A stretch of DNA of 64,000 nt from Gnetum montanum (Eukaryota; Plantae; Gnetophyta): contig MNCI01003262.1 of assembly GCA_015680685.1 (NCBI GenBank), forward strand, positions 94,020 through 158,019. The letters run 5' to 3'. Shown in pieces: positions 1 to 13,300 of this stretch. Under the pieces are notes generated by a model. That model had not been told where the DNA came from, searched no databases, and saw only the letters and a list, made by a program, of their open reading frames with translations. The position numbers and the translations under genes were made by a program. The stretch's first letter is position 1. Each line of letters begins with the position of its first letter.

Positions 1-429
1 TCACCGAAACTCCAATAGATCTTGACAAGCAATAGGCAATGAGATTCAAAGAGCAAGGGCAAGCCAATAAAGCAATCCCAGATTGACCGAAAGAATGAAA
101 GTCAAGAAGTAAAATAGAGCTTTGACTAGAAAAAGAACATGACTTGCAAAAGATGTCATAAAAGGGCCTTTATGTAGCGGAGTGAAAAACTCCATGTGAT
201 TAGATTAAGAAAAAAAGGTCGGGCACGTTAGGTTGAGGAGACTAGGTAGGAGTTGGGCTTCAATAATAATGACCATGGCTTTGCAACATTTGCGAGTCTT
301 GTTGGACAGAGAACAACTAAGATGTTCTAGACTTGAAAATTGGTCAGTGACCAAGATGATGTTATTAATTGTGCAGATTCTACAACATGTGAATTTGACT
401 ATTGGATTATGAATATGCAAACAGTTTAG

Positions 430-1080
430 CATAGGATACCTAGAAAAGTCTTGTTTTACAAATTTAACAGAGGTTATTATGGATCAGTGAAGATGTTCAA
501 TATAAACTGGCAACCACTTAAAGGCATAGGAACCATGCTAATCAAATCTTACAATAAAGCAAAAGGATTGTAGGTGACAAATGTCCCATACAACCCTAGT
601 TTGAAACAAAATCTTCTCATGGAAGTAGGTTGGTCAGAAAAGTTTTTGACATAAGCATGATAATAATGGATGGGAATGAAGATGTGGCAAAGAGTAACAT
701 TAAGTATTCCACAAGTTAGCTAGAAGGTGAGCTTATGTTCTTGAACAATAGAGCACTAATAAATTGGGAATGATAAGCTATTTTGCTACATACACGACAT
801 ATAATTCAGATGCCAAATCAAATGAACTCTTTTAGGAAATACTTTGGCATGCTAGACTACAACATGTTCCTTTGAAAAGGATTTCTAGTCTCAATGATGT
901 TCCAAAGGATTTGCAAGTGAAGAATATATAGTGTGAGGATTGCATAATGAGCAAAGCAGAGTAGTAAGGGTCTATGTGAAGGTTGAAATTGGTATACTCT
1001 AATATGTAACTCAATGTTGATAAAGATGCTTTGAGGCAATCATTAGTTGATTACCTTCACTGATGACTACACCAAAAAAT
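430..1080 (+). mobile_element. Degraded Ty1/copia pol fragment (GAG-pre-integrase and start of integrase)
   Basis: Broken frames read LWHARLQHV (~845-870), CEDCIMSK (~932-955) and ITFTDDYTKK (~1050-1080), which match copia pre-integrase/integrase motifs; many stops; boundaries approximate. Confidence 0.7.
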
Positions 1081-1283
1081 TATAAATTTAATACTATGTT
1101 TTCTTGTAGTCTTGAATGATTTGTATCTCTCAATAGGTAGATGGATTCCTACTTATAGGATTTTACAGGGGCCAAGTTGTACATCATGGGACCAAATTAA
1201 TTTCACGTAGGAAATTGGAAAATACAATATTTTTAATAAGTATTGGGACCATTATTCATTATAACCACCCATCAAATACTTAA

Positions 1284-1587
1284 AGATTCATTTTTTTTGT
1301 TTTTTGGAAAAAAAAGTTGAGCTATATTCATCCAAAAAATAAAAAAATAAAAAAAACTGTACAAATGGACAGCATGGGTCAGTGACCCCATGCCCCCGAG
1401 CAATACAAAACATTTGGATCAGAATTCTTCTGCCACCATATTCCCTGCCAGGGACCTGGGCCAGAAACCCTCCCCCCGCGGCAAGAACCCTGCACCCCCA
1501 CAGCCCAGCCTAAGCCACTGCGTTGCCCCTAGAATTACATGCAAAAATAGGGCCAAACCCCATGGGGAATACATACAGATTCATTTT
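1284..1587 (-). mobile_element. Short 5'-truncated non-LTR retroelement (LINE 3' end) with TSD
   Basis: T-run at 1291-1306 (poly-A on minus strand), GC-rich body, direct repeat agattcatttt at 1284-1294 and 1577-1587. Confidence 0.55.
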
Positions 1588-2989
1588 GGAAGGGCATGTC
1601 CTTTCATTTTTCTTCATCAAATTTTATTTTATTTTTAAATTAAAATGCTACAACATATGAAGCATAAAAAACATGGTATAGGGTTCATGAGGACCTTATT
1701 AATTAATTTATTTTTATCGTCTTCCTTAATGCAACCTAATTTTCCATCACTTGCAGGGATTTCAAAATACAATTCTTGGAATTTGCAAGTAGGTGGTTAT
1801 CCTAGTTGCCAAAGCAACAACAAATTGCACTTTGAAGACAACAGTGTTAACAAGAACCACCATTTGTACAATTTCAACAGCTAAAACAACATGGGGTGTA
1901 GGACTTATATTCTGATTTCAATGAAGAGGGTCATGGACTGGGAGCATCATAAAGCCCGTTAGCTTCTTAAGGATCTTAAGTTAAATGAAGTTGACAAGTT
2001 GGACACTCACAATTGGAATGCAACTCATCCAGTGAAGGAGGAAATTTGAATAATTGAGAGACAAGTTGCAATTAAGCAATACCTCATCTGAATAATTAGC
2101 TGCTTGGCATAATCAAAGCCGCTTGAGGCACCATTATTTAGTTTTTAGGATGCATTTGCATTTTGCATGGGGTTTTCCTTTGGGCATTTTGGTTTCCTTG
2201 AAAAATATTTATTTTCATGTCATTTAGTTGTAGTTCCAAAATCATCCAAACTTTTTAGGGGAAGGGAACGTTTGACCTATACAAAGTGCAATACCAACTG
2301 TGGTAGTTTAAGTGGTGGGTATCGTTATATGGTTAAAAAAACCCGAACCTAAAACAGAGAACTTTAATCCTAATAAACTTTGAAGAAGTGTTTCCTCTTG
2401 CAAAGTATGATGTATGGGATGAAGCAGTCGAATGCATTTCATATAAGTTGTCTTTATTCCATTTTACAGATGCGCATTTTTTCCTTATTTTCTTTTGTTA
2501 GCTAGTAGCATGCACTTTCTCAATTCGTTAACATTTTGCTTAACAATCATTCTTAAATTTTTTCTACTTGGGTTAAATAGGTTGCCTTTACCATTTTAAC
2601 CCCACATAATATCTTCATTCATACTCCACTGTAATTTTCCAGAAAGACCTATACACAAAAAAAATCTAGTTATTTAAGTCCAAGCTCACCACATTCCCAT
2701 GGGTCAAAAACTTTTCAGCAATGATAACAAAAGATAGATATTATCTACTTGTGTTAACATATTTCTGTTTTAAAATTTGTGTTGTGTTTAACTCTAAAAA
2801 GACAGGGTGACGTAATACTCCTGAGCATCGAACAACAGTAATTCTAAAATTTGTATTTATGTGATGTAGCATCCAAATTTGTCCATGAAGTTTAAGCCAT
2901 AGCAAACCTTTTTTTTTCTGTTTTGATGTCAGGTGAAAAATTTCATGTACCTGAATAATTTGATTTAAAATTTGTTTACTATTGGCAGA

Positions 2990-4200
2990 GCCTTCTTAGC
3001 AATTATTGATACTTCAAGGCAAGACATTGTTGGTTCTTTTTGTTAAGACCTTCAAAATAATTTTTTGAAAAGCGGTACACAAACTTATTAGTTTGAAATT
3101 AGAAATGGATACTGCATGCTGCTTATTGGGAGTCAAAGTAATACATGTCTAATCCGTGTAGAAGTAAGACATTTCAACAAACATCCATGGGCTTGAAACT
3201 TTATCAGTTTTCATCATGGGAAGATCTTTTTAATTGCTTCTTGAGTTCCATGGTTAACAAAAATGTAATATCAATTTTTGTAAATTTAGCTTGAATACTA
3301 TCAAGTACTTGCCTAAAAATCATTTCATGAATACTAATCTCTTCTTTGTTCTCACTTCATTCATTTACTTTGTTTATCATTCTGGTAAAATTATCATCAA
3401 CATGATTTGTAAATGCTATCATGATCATTCAAGATTTGTAGATGCTATTGTACCAGCATGATTTATGGCTAGCATTTCTCACCATTGAGTTCTAGATCTT
3501 TGAAACCAACAGCTCTTTTCCCCATTTGGAGGCCTTTGAAACTAATAAGCCATTCTCTTTCTTAAGATGCTTATCTGGGGACCATTCATTTATTCTTAAC
3601 ACTTCTCGAATATCATGAAGATTTTTCTTTATATCTTTTTTTCTCATTTGCCAATTCAAATTATGATCATAATTATCAAATCTTAATTTAGGTTGAACAT
3701 CTTCAAGCTTTTTAGCAAATAAATTGTATGTAACCATTTTTTTAATGAAGAACTGTAACCATTGTTGTTAGTGGTTCAGTAATCTTACATATGATTAACT
3801 ATTTCTTTCATAGCATATCAGCTATTATTCCATCTAAATAATTGTTTTCATATCATCACAGATTACAGATTACATAGTAGGCCAGTGATCTGAACTTACT
3901 GTTTTCCAAGTTTCCAGATTGGATTCAAGAAAATGCTTTTAACCATTCAACATTTCTCATGAATTGATTAATTATAGATAAATTAAAGCATCATACCCTC
4001 GTCAAATACTCCCTGTTTAATCATAATCTCTAAAAACATTTGTTTAATAAATCATTCCTACCTAATGAATTTTTGAGCTAATTTTACGTTTTAGATGCAT
4101 CAGTGGTGCCCTTTTTACTTTCCATATTCTTGAAAAACAGCAATAAAGTCTCTTCAAGTAGGATTTGACCTTTTATCTGACATAGTTCAAGGTGAAATTT
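2990..4200 (-). mobile_element. Very old L1 ORF2 remnant (EN end and linker), different from the main family
   Basis: Minus-strand SDH(W) motif near 3882-3895 and remnant ORF 3492-3737; heavily degenerate. Confidence 0.4.
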
Positions 4201-4276
4201 GAAAAGCTCAAATTCTTTGCATCTGTTTTTTCATGTTGTATGCTTATGCATTATCTGCACTGTATGTGAATTGCAG

Positions 4277-4346
4277 AACACCTGTTTTGGATATTATAAT
4301 AGATACCTTGTCTTATAACAATGAAATGCTTCATCCGTTTGTTCAG
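4277..4346 (+). CDS. SNI1: SNI1-like exon
   Basis: ttgcag|...cag|gtatga; TPVLDIIIDTLSYNNEMLHPFVQ. Confidence 0.75.
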
Positions 4347-7300
4347 GTATGAAATTGTGAAATATTTATTCAAATTCTTGCTTCATTTGCTAATTCTAGT
4401 TTTGAATTTAAATTCATAAATGGATCATTTTGACTTTTCCTAGGGAGCAAGAGCTAATACTTAGGAAGGAAAATGTTTTCTAATGATTAGCCAATTAATA
4501 AAAAGGTAAAGTTGCAGTCAGTCCAACATTGATTATAATTAAATAATCATAATTGATTGACTATAAACATAGAAAGCAACATAGTACAAATGACAAATCA
4601 AGCATATAGTTGGAAGAGAATGCTAATACGATAATTAACATCTCTCTATATTCCCTGAGCATTGTGTAACATGTGATCTTTATTGACTTAGAACGATATA
4701 TGATAGGGTGCTTAGAGATATCATTTTATGGGCCTTATGAAGGTAAACTATCCTTAAAAAATATATTAAACTGATTGAAGGCACATATGGAGTTATTACT
4801 AGAAATAAAACTGTCTGTGGAATAATGTCTGATTTTCTAGTCATAGTAGGTCTACATCAAGGGTCTACAGTTAGTCCTTTGTAGGACCCTATAACCAACA
4901 TATAAATTCACTACAATTTTTTCTCCAACTTTTCAGAACATGGGGCTGGACTGGCACTAGCAACCAATAAAAATATGACTCAATATAATGGTGGGTTGAT
5001 TATAGGGCCTACATTACTACCCCCTACCTTCATTGACTTTAGCATGTTGTTGATGACATAGGACTTTTATAGTCTTTATAATTCTAAGGATTAATGCATC
5101 AATTCTGTATCAGCTATCCTCACTAGTACTATGATATCCCAAGGTGATGTATAACCATAATCCATGCTTAATAAGTTAGAAGATGCAAATATTTATGTGA
5201 CTTGTTTCAAATTTTATTTTACAAGCAAAGTCAATAGATGCGATGTAATCCAAATCCTCTATTATGTTTTTCCTAAACAAGATTATTTAATTTATGGAGA
5301 CCTCAATTAATGACTAGGCATCAAAATACATGAGCTTCAACAACTTTGCCCCTACAATGTGGTTTTGTATTCTTATATTGAGGCCCATGTAACTCAAAGA
5401 ATCCTCTCACCATCTAGCCATGAGTTGGATTATCTTTTGGTTCTATGCTATGCAAATAAGGCTCGACTCAACCATCATTTTTAAATTACACCTTAGTATA
5501 CCCTCAAGATAGTTGATTGGGGATTGTATATGAGCTGGGTATACACTTATGAGCAGCTCCTGCATCATTGAAAACCTTCAAATGTTGTGTAGCTCAAACC
5601 CCTTGGGTCCAATAGCTCAGGATATTAAGACATTTGTGCAACCAATAGCTTCAAGAATCAAACCCGAACAACAAGCCTAAGGTGCAGCCAAAAGCCTTTA
5701 AGAAAATTACAATAAAATAGTCCTTAGAATCACTCTAAACTGTGTTGAAAATCAGCCATAAATAACTTCTGGCAGTAACATCAAGGTTAGCATTCCGTGC
5801 TTCTGCCAATAACACACAAAAACCACTCAAGATAGCCCAATACTCGGCCAAAAAGACAAGCAAGGAACAATCACACACATTCTTGTCACTCGCTCTTCCT
5901 CATTCAAACTAGCATAGTCTCCTCTCACTTAGCAATAAGTGAATCCCAACATTGTTAACACTTCACCTCACCAAGCTTGTTGGGACTTGCTCAATCTTGT
6001 TGGGACTTTTCCTTCCTTTTGCACTTAACTGTACTAGTCAGTCAGGTTTAAAAATAATTAACACCATGTGTCATGATTCTATACCATCCTTCAATTGCAC
6101 AAATGAAATTCAAATGCTTTTCCAAATTGCCCCAACTTGATTAGTTGAACTTTGTTTTTAGGTGTTGAAAACTAATAGTTAAATAAAATTTATTTCAAAC
6201 ATTAAATCATGATATAGAGTTGGTATTCTTGAGTCCTATACCTATTGCTATGCTTTTCCATTGAAATGGAATTTCAATTTTTTACTTTCTAATGTTCTAT
6301 CATTTATTTGTTGTAATATATGTTCAGTTTTTTATTTTCAGGTAATTCGAAAGGCAAAGTTGAAGCTGATTATTATATTGACATATTTTCAGAAGCATCT
6401 TCCTTGGGTATGCTTACGTACTTGTAGCTTTAAAAAAATGTTCACATCCTTTTAGCCTATAAAGGTTCTAAAATTGGTAAATTAACCAATGTAAAGCAAC
6501 CTAAACTTCAGTATTAGATGTCATATGTAATATTCGAGAAGTTGGATACTCCACTCATAGATTCTTTATAGGAGATAGCTTCTTGTAAGTTCAACAGGAT
6601 ATCATTTAAAAGGGATGAATCAGTCGGTGTTTCTTCAATGATAAACTTTTCTTCATCATATTTATGAAGATTGGATTGGATTGTAGATTATTTTTCCATT
6701 CCTAAGATTTTGGATTGTGGATTGCAATTTGAAATTGCATGGAATCACAATATTAAAAAATATTTTAAAAATGAAATTTTTAATCATTTTCAAAAGTATA
6801 CGTAATTAAGAAGACAAAAATGAAAATTCATAAAAAATAATATATTCAACTTTAACATAAAAATTCTTAAACACATTAATATAGCAACATTGCATTAAGC
6901 ATGAACATCAACATAAATTCATTGTTTATACTCCCATGTACATTACAAAAAATTTCAAATGTAAGCTACATTGCCATATTCATCTACCATCAACTAAAGC
7001 AAATGAACTAAAGAATATTTGAAAGCAGCTGCTAAAGTGATTCAAAATGAGTTGAAGAATGCATTGTTGAGCTCTTCAAGAATGTGTTGTTGAGGTTCCC
7101 AAGAATGTGTTGTTCATTGTAGAAAAATGTGCACTCAAATTGCCAAAAACCTTGAAACTATTGATGATAGATATTCAGAATGTTCTATGCTCATTCTTTT
7201 TACCTTTATAGCTATATTGAATCATGAATTTTGTTATTGGGATGGTGTTTAAATGTTTGAAGCTAAAAAGTGTAAACTTCTAATTGCTATTTTTAAAGGT

Positions 7301-10300
7301 TCCAAAATCATCGAGAATTGCTTGGAATCATCTGGAATCACCCGGAATCATTTGGAATTGCAATCCAAAACACATCTAGATTGCAATAGTTTGGATCACG
7401 ATCTGGAATTGCATAGATCATGATCCCAATCCAATCTTCACAAGTGTGCTTCTGTCTAAAGCTTTATTTCCTGAATTTTTTATTTTGATTCACAATAAGA
7501 TGCTATGTACTGGAAAATGGGTGTAAAAAAGCTGCTTATGTCAGGTGTTTGGTGAAGTCAATGTAAAGTTTATTCAAATGTGAAGAATCTATGAGCCATA
7601 ATAAGACATTTACCATGCCAGCCAACCGGCATATTTATGAGACTTTTTATTCCAGGGGAAAGGTCAGGATTTTATTATGTAAAGAATAAAACAATTACAA
7701 CCAACCATTATCTGCAAAATGGAAACGACACTAAAAAAAACATGGAGGTGAAATGTCTCCCCCAAGCAAAAAACTACCTTTGCTTAAAGGAGAAGCCCCA
7801 AGAGAACAATAAGTCATTGAACAACATAAACCAAATTTTGTCACCCTTGTAGGTGTAACAACACTGCTCTAAAGAGGCACTTCGCACCACCCTTGAGTCT
7901 AAAAGTGGCCAAGTGTTCCAAAGAGGACCCAAGATGAACTACACCTCATCAATCACAACACTTGTGAACACACCACAAGTGCATACAACGTGTTAGTCCA
8001 AAGGTTAGGAGGGTAGCAAGTACATCTTAAGTAATCACATAAGTGACATGACCAACAAGACATGCACACATTTACAATCATAGCTAGCACAAGTAGGCAC
8101 ATAAAAGACATTGTTCCCCTAATTGAACTAAGACACGTTTCTACTTTTAACACATCTAACCCCAAGCTCCTTCTCTCTCTTTGCTCGAGGTTGATGTCTC
8201 CCTTTCTTGCTCCTGCACCCTCTTTGCCACTTTTCATAGGGCAAAAGTAGGCCTTAAATGTTTTGATTTTTGTCATCATTGAAGTTAGGCTAGAAAGAAT
8301 TGTGGGATGTTATGTTGCCTCTAAAGTTTTATGCCCTTCAAAAAGGCGAAATGGATACCCTAACGCTTAGATAGGTTCCTACTCTACCAAATGAACTTCT
8401 TCACCCCTTTGGTTGCCTTCGGTTTGGAGGAGGTTTTCCACCCCCCTTTTTGCAGTGTATATACCATTTTTCATTAATACATTACCTGAAATTTTGTCAA
8501 AAAAAAAATAATGTTCAAGGATTTCAATGTGTATATGCAAACAAAAACCAATGGTCCTAATAGTGGGCAAAGAGATGAAGTTTTCATGGGAATTATTATG
8601 GGTATGTAATGACAATAATATACAAGGATTTTCATGGGGTTCACATTAACCTCATGGAGCAGGCCATTGCTGGGTATCTAGGGGTGCATGTGGATGGGAA
8701 AATGGTGTTGTCAATTGGGAGGGGGCTACAAGATGCCAAGGGGTTCTTTCTAGGGCTGGTTCCAAAGATAGCCGGTGGGCAAGTGTCGAGGTGTTTGTAG
8801 ACCTTGAATTTTGGGAGTTTGGGTTGCTCAAGGTATCGTTGATTGGCTTTTGCTTTTTGGGTTTTCAGCCCTTTGGTTTTGGGCCCAAGGCTTGATTCAT
8901 TCCTCCTTGAAAAGGGGAATTTTGTTGTGATTAGTCTTCTTTTTCTAGTCTTAGCTTGTCCATGGTTGGGTGGATGTCTGGTTGACTTTCATGACCTTAG
9001 GATAGTTTTGGGAGGTGGTTTTTCTTTGCCCCTGGGGGGAGGGGGGAAGGAGGTTTCCCCCCTTCTTTTGTAGTGTATATACCATTTTCATTAATACATT
9101 ACCCAAAATTTTTTCAAAAAAAAAAAAAATGTACAAAGATTTCAATGTGTATATGCAAACAAAAACCAATGGTCATAATAGTGGGCAAAGAGATGAAGTT
9201 TTCATGGGAATTAGTATGGGTATGTAATGATAGTAATATATAAGGATTTTTGTGGGCTTCACATTAACCTCATGGAGCAGGCCATTGGTCAATATCTAGG
9301 GGTGCATCCAGATGGGAAGGTGGTGTTGTCGATTGAGAGGGGGTTGCAAGATGCCAAGGGGTTCTTTCTGGAGCCAGTTCCAAAGACAGCCAGTGGGCAA
9401 GTGCCAAAATCGATGCTGCTATTGCTCTGGCAAGAGGTGGTTGAGCTCGTGGAAAGATTTTTCATTTAATTTGGAAATGTCTAGAAGTTGCAGGGGGTGC
9501 ACTTTGCCTTCTTGCGATGCATGTAGCTGATGTGGTGGAGCGGGAGATGTTGGGATAGGAGCCTGTGCAAGCTGATGCATGGGCCACCATAGGAGACAGA
9601 CAATTCCGTTTGTGTCGGCAACAGAGGTGGTAGAGGAAGGGTGCGAGCAAGAGGTTGTTGGGACACAACTTGGGTCATTGGCCACTTTGGGGGGGTGATC
9701 ATAGAAGGGTTGGGTGTGAAGCTACCCTCACTTGGTGGGTGGGTCTTGGTGGCAAGAGGTGGCCCTATGTCGTTGATGGCTGAAATCATTGGGAAGGGTG
9801 GGGGAGGTTGCCCCACCTTCCTTGTCTTGCCGGAGAATGCTCGTGTTGAAAGACTGTTGGGTGCGGCATCTTGCTTTAGACAAACGCAATTAGAGATTGA
9901 TCTAGGGGTACAACTGTCAAAGGAGTTTACAAAAAACACAATTCTTGTAGGACATGAGGGTGCTCTCATGGAACTCTAGGGGGCAGGTTATCCCTTCAAA
10001 CAAAATACCTTAAAGGATATGGTGTGTTGGGAGAAGTGTGACATTGTTTGCTTATAGAAAATGAAGATTTAGCTGCAGGAGGGCCATTGTGTACATTGGT
10101 AGGGATGGCAAGTGTAGTTGGTTGGGAGTTGGGGGAGGGTTGAAGGCTTGGCCCTCCTATCAAAATAGCCTTTTGATGTTATTGATAGCTCCTCTTGGAG
10201 TATTGCTATCTTCTTACGAGATGGGGACATTTGGCTCACTAATTTCTATGGTCCCCAAAATTGGGAAGCTTGGATATAGGAATTGTACAGGATTGGGTCC

Positions 10301-13300
10301 TTGGTCTAGGATAAATGCTAGTGGATCTTGGTTGCAGATTTCAATCAGTGGTTATACAGATGGGAGAAGTCCAATGGTGGTGATCAGGAGCTTCTTGGGG
10401 CTCAAAGTTTTCTAGATTTCTAGGTTGCTTAGGAACTGGTGGACTTGGAGGTCAAAGGTTGTCAATATATGTGGAGTAATCGACGGAAGGGCAACGATCT
10501 GGTAATGACTAGGATTGATAGGCTGTGGGTTAGCTCCCATTTGCTATTACGTCAAGCTATGGAGGTGATTGGGAAAGAGCGGATGGCTTCTGATCATCAT
10601 TTGTTGCTTTGTTACATTGGGGAGAGGGATATTGGGAAAGCTACCTTGTTTAGATTTGAAAGATTTTGGCTCCAGAAACCATGGATACAACCTTTGGTTG
10701 AGGACATTTGGAGCTCTTATTTAGAGCATGTTGACCCTAGAGAATTTTTGAAACAAGGTTTGCTTCAGCTGAAGCAGGCGTTGGGGAAGAAAAAGAAAGA
10801 AGACAAATTCTCTTTTTGGTTTACTAGCAAGGTGCTTCTAACTCAGGTTGCAAACATTTAGGTGGAGTAGGAGTCTGGAAGGGATTTGGGCATGGCCGAG
10901 TGGGAAATTCTGGCTGCCCTCCATAATTTAGATGTGGAGGATGAGGTGTACTGGAGATAGCAAGGTCATGTTCAATGGCTGAAGGGCGGAGACCGAAATA
11001 CTTGTTTTTTCTTTGCTGCGGTGTAGTCGACACACCAAAAGAACAGAATTCATAACCTTGTGGTGCAAGGACAGGTGATAACGGGGGAGCAACAGATTGC
11101 ACATGTGCTTCTTGATTATTGGTCCTAGATTTGGCAGCACCAATCGGTAAGACCGCTTTCAATCCATATTGATAAGATTCTTAGTTTAGAGGATAATATT
11201 GGTCTCTTCGGGCTGTTCTCCAAATCGGAGCTAGAGGCGGCCTTGGGTTCTATGAAGGTTGAGCTGGCGAATTGAATTTTTTCAAGCATTTAGTGATGTG
11301 ATGGGGCCCAATCTGTTGGATGTGTTTAACGAAATGTTGCGGTGGCAACAGCTTCACAAAGAGATAAACTATTCTCACATAGTTCTTATCCCACAGTCAA
11401 ACTTGTCAATAGAACCTACACATTTTTGTCCAATTGGTGTTTGCAATACCCTTCTCTATCTTTTTTTCAAAAATGTTGGTTGCACGGTTAGTGTCGTTAA
11501 TGTTGCGGTTGGTGAGGTCGTAGCAAGCCAGTTTTGTTAAAGGCTGTTACATTCAAGATCAGATTTTATTGGTTTAGGAAGTCCTTCATTCGCTGAAAAA
11601 TACAAAGTTTCTTGGTATGTACTTGAAGTTGGATATTTCCAAGGCTTATGATATCGTGTTGTGGGAGGCACTGTGGGAAATTATGTTGCAAAAGGGTTTC
11701 CAGTCAACTTTTGTCAATTTATATATTCATATTCAGTTGTCTGGCAGTTTCTCCTTGGATTTGGGGGGCAATTGTGGGGGGTTTTTGTCCCCAGGGTGAG
11801 GGCTGAGACAAAGAGATCCTTTATCACCGTTGTTCATTATGCTTGTTATGGACTTGATGTTGGCTTATTGTGAGTCGGAGGGGGTGGGGGGTCTAGAAAT
11901 TGCTGGGATGTGATGCTTGGTTGAACATTATGCAGACAATACTATTTTGTTTTCAAGGGCGGTTGTTTCATAGGCAAGGGCACCTAATAGAGCGCTTTAG
12001 CATATGGTAGGGGAGCTTGGTCTAGATACTAATAGGGTAAAGTCGGTGGTCCATTTACTTAACACGGATAGTAGGATTCATGGGCCGATCATTCAAGAGT
12101 TGGGAGTTTTCCCGAGCTCTAGTGAAGACATTTATTTGGGATTATCCGTTAAACCATTGGCACAGGAAGAGGTCTTGGGCATGGTTGCCTGAAAAGCTCC
12201 ACAAATAGGTGGATCATTGGACCTATTGTTTTTTTGACTCAGGCTAGTTAGGCTTTACTTGCCTCTTCAATTCTGGGGGCTATGGCTAGATATGTTGCTT
12301 TGGTAGCTTCTCACTTGCCACGATTACTGCCAAAATTGATCAAATTATACAGAATTTTACATGAAGTGGGGGAAAAGGGGGCAGCTGTGTTCACTTGGTG
12401 AACTAGGAGACTATTGCCAGGCCGAAACAAGCAGAGGATCTGGGGATTTATAGGTTTTAGGATATGCTTGATATGAGCTACCAACAATTGCTTCACAGGT
12501 TTTTGGCTGATAAGTCCGCGGCTCGATGGATTAGTATTATCTGAAATAAATATCAGAGATGGGATGCTGGTTTAAATGATTCCTACATGTGGCGTGCACT
12601 ATGCCACCATGCCAATCACATGCATCAAATGGGATCGATGGGGACCACACCAAAGTAGTTAATCATGAATTGGTACCCCACAAGTTAGGGGTGGTAGGGC
12701 CTTTGGACGGGCATCTTACTTGAGAAAATTAAACTTTTATATGGCTGATAAATCATGGTGCAATTCTTGTTAGGGCAGTGCAGGGGATGGAGGTCATGGA
12801 CATGTGTCCATTGTGCATGGAAGGCGTTGAGATGGTGGCACACTTCATATATGAGTGCCCTTTTTCTGTTAGTGTGCTGTGTGTGCCTAATCTTAGGGGT
12901 TGGAAGCTGGACAGAAATTCCAGAGTCGTGGTGGTCCAATGGTCCCTATAGAGGGCTTGGAATTTCTACATTTTCAGGGGGAAGTCGTTGCCGCCACCAG
13001 CATAGATTGCGGCTAAAGCATCTTGTCTTTGGAAGGAAGTGTGGGTGACAATGGGGATTATGCCAACTTTTGAACCCCCTTGCGAAGGATACCAAGAAAA
13101 TGAGGCGTTGTGATGACTAGTGGTGCGGATTGGCTGGGATGTTTTCTTACCCAAGCTACGGGAGGAACTAGACATGGAAGATGAGGGTTTTTTCGCCAAT
13201 TGGGCAGGGAAGTGTAGCTTGTTCCAGGGAGAGGAAATTCAATAGATTGAAAATTTGATTGCAGCTTGCTTGGGTTTTCTTGTGGTGGGTGAGATTATCC

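Noticed and set aside
7850-8390. Possible additional LTR remnant
   Set aside because: No termini, TSD or second copy in the window
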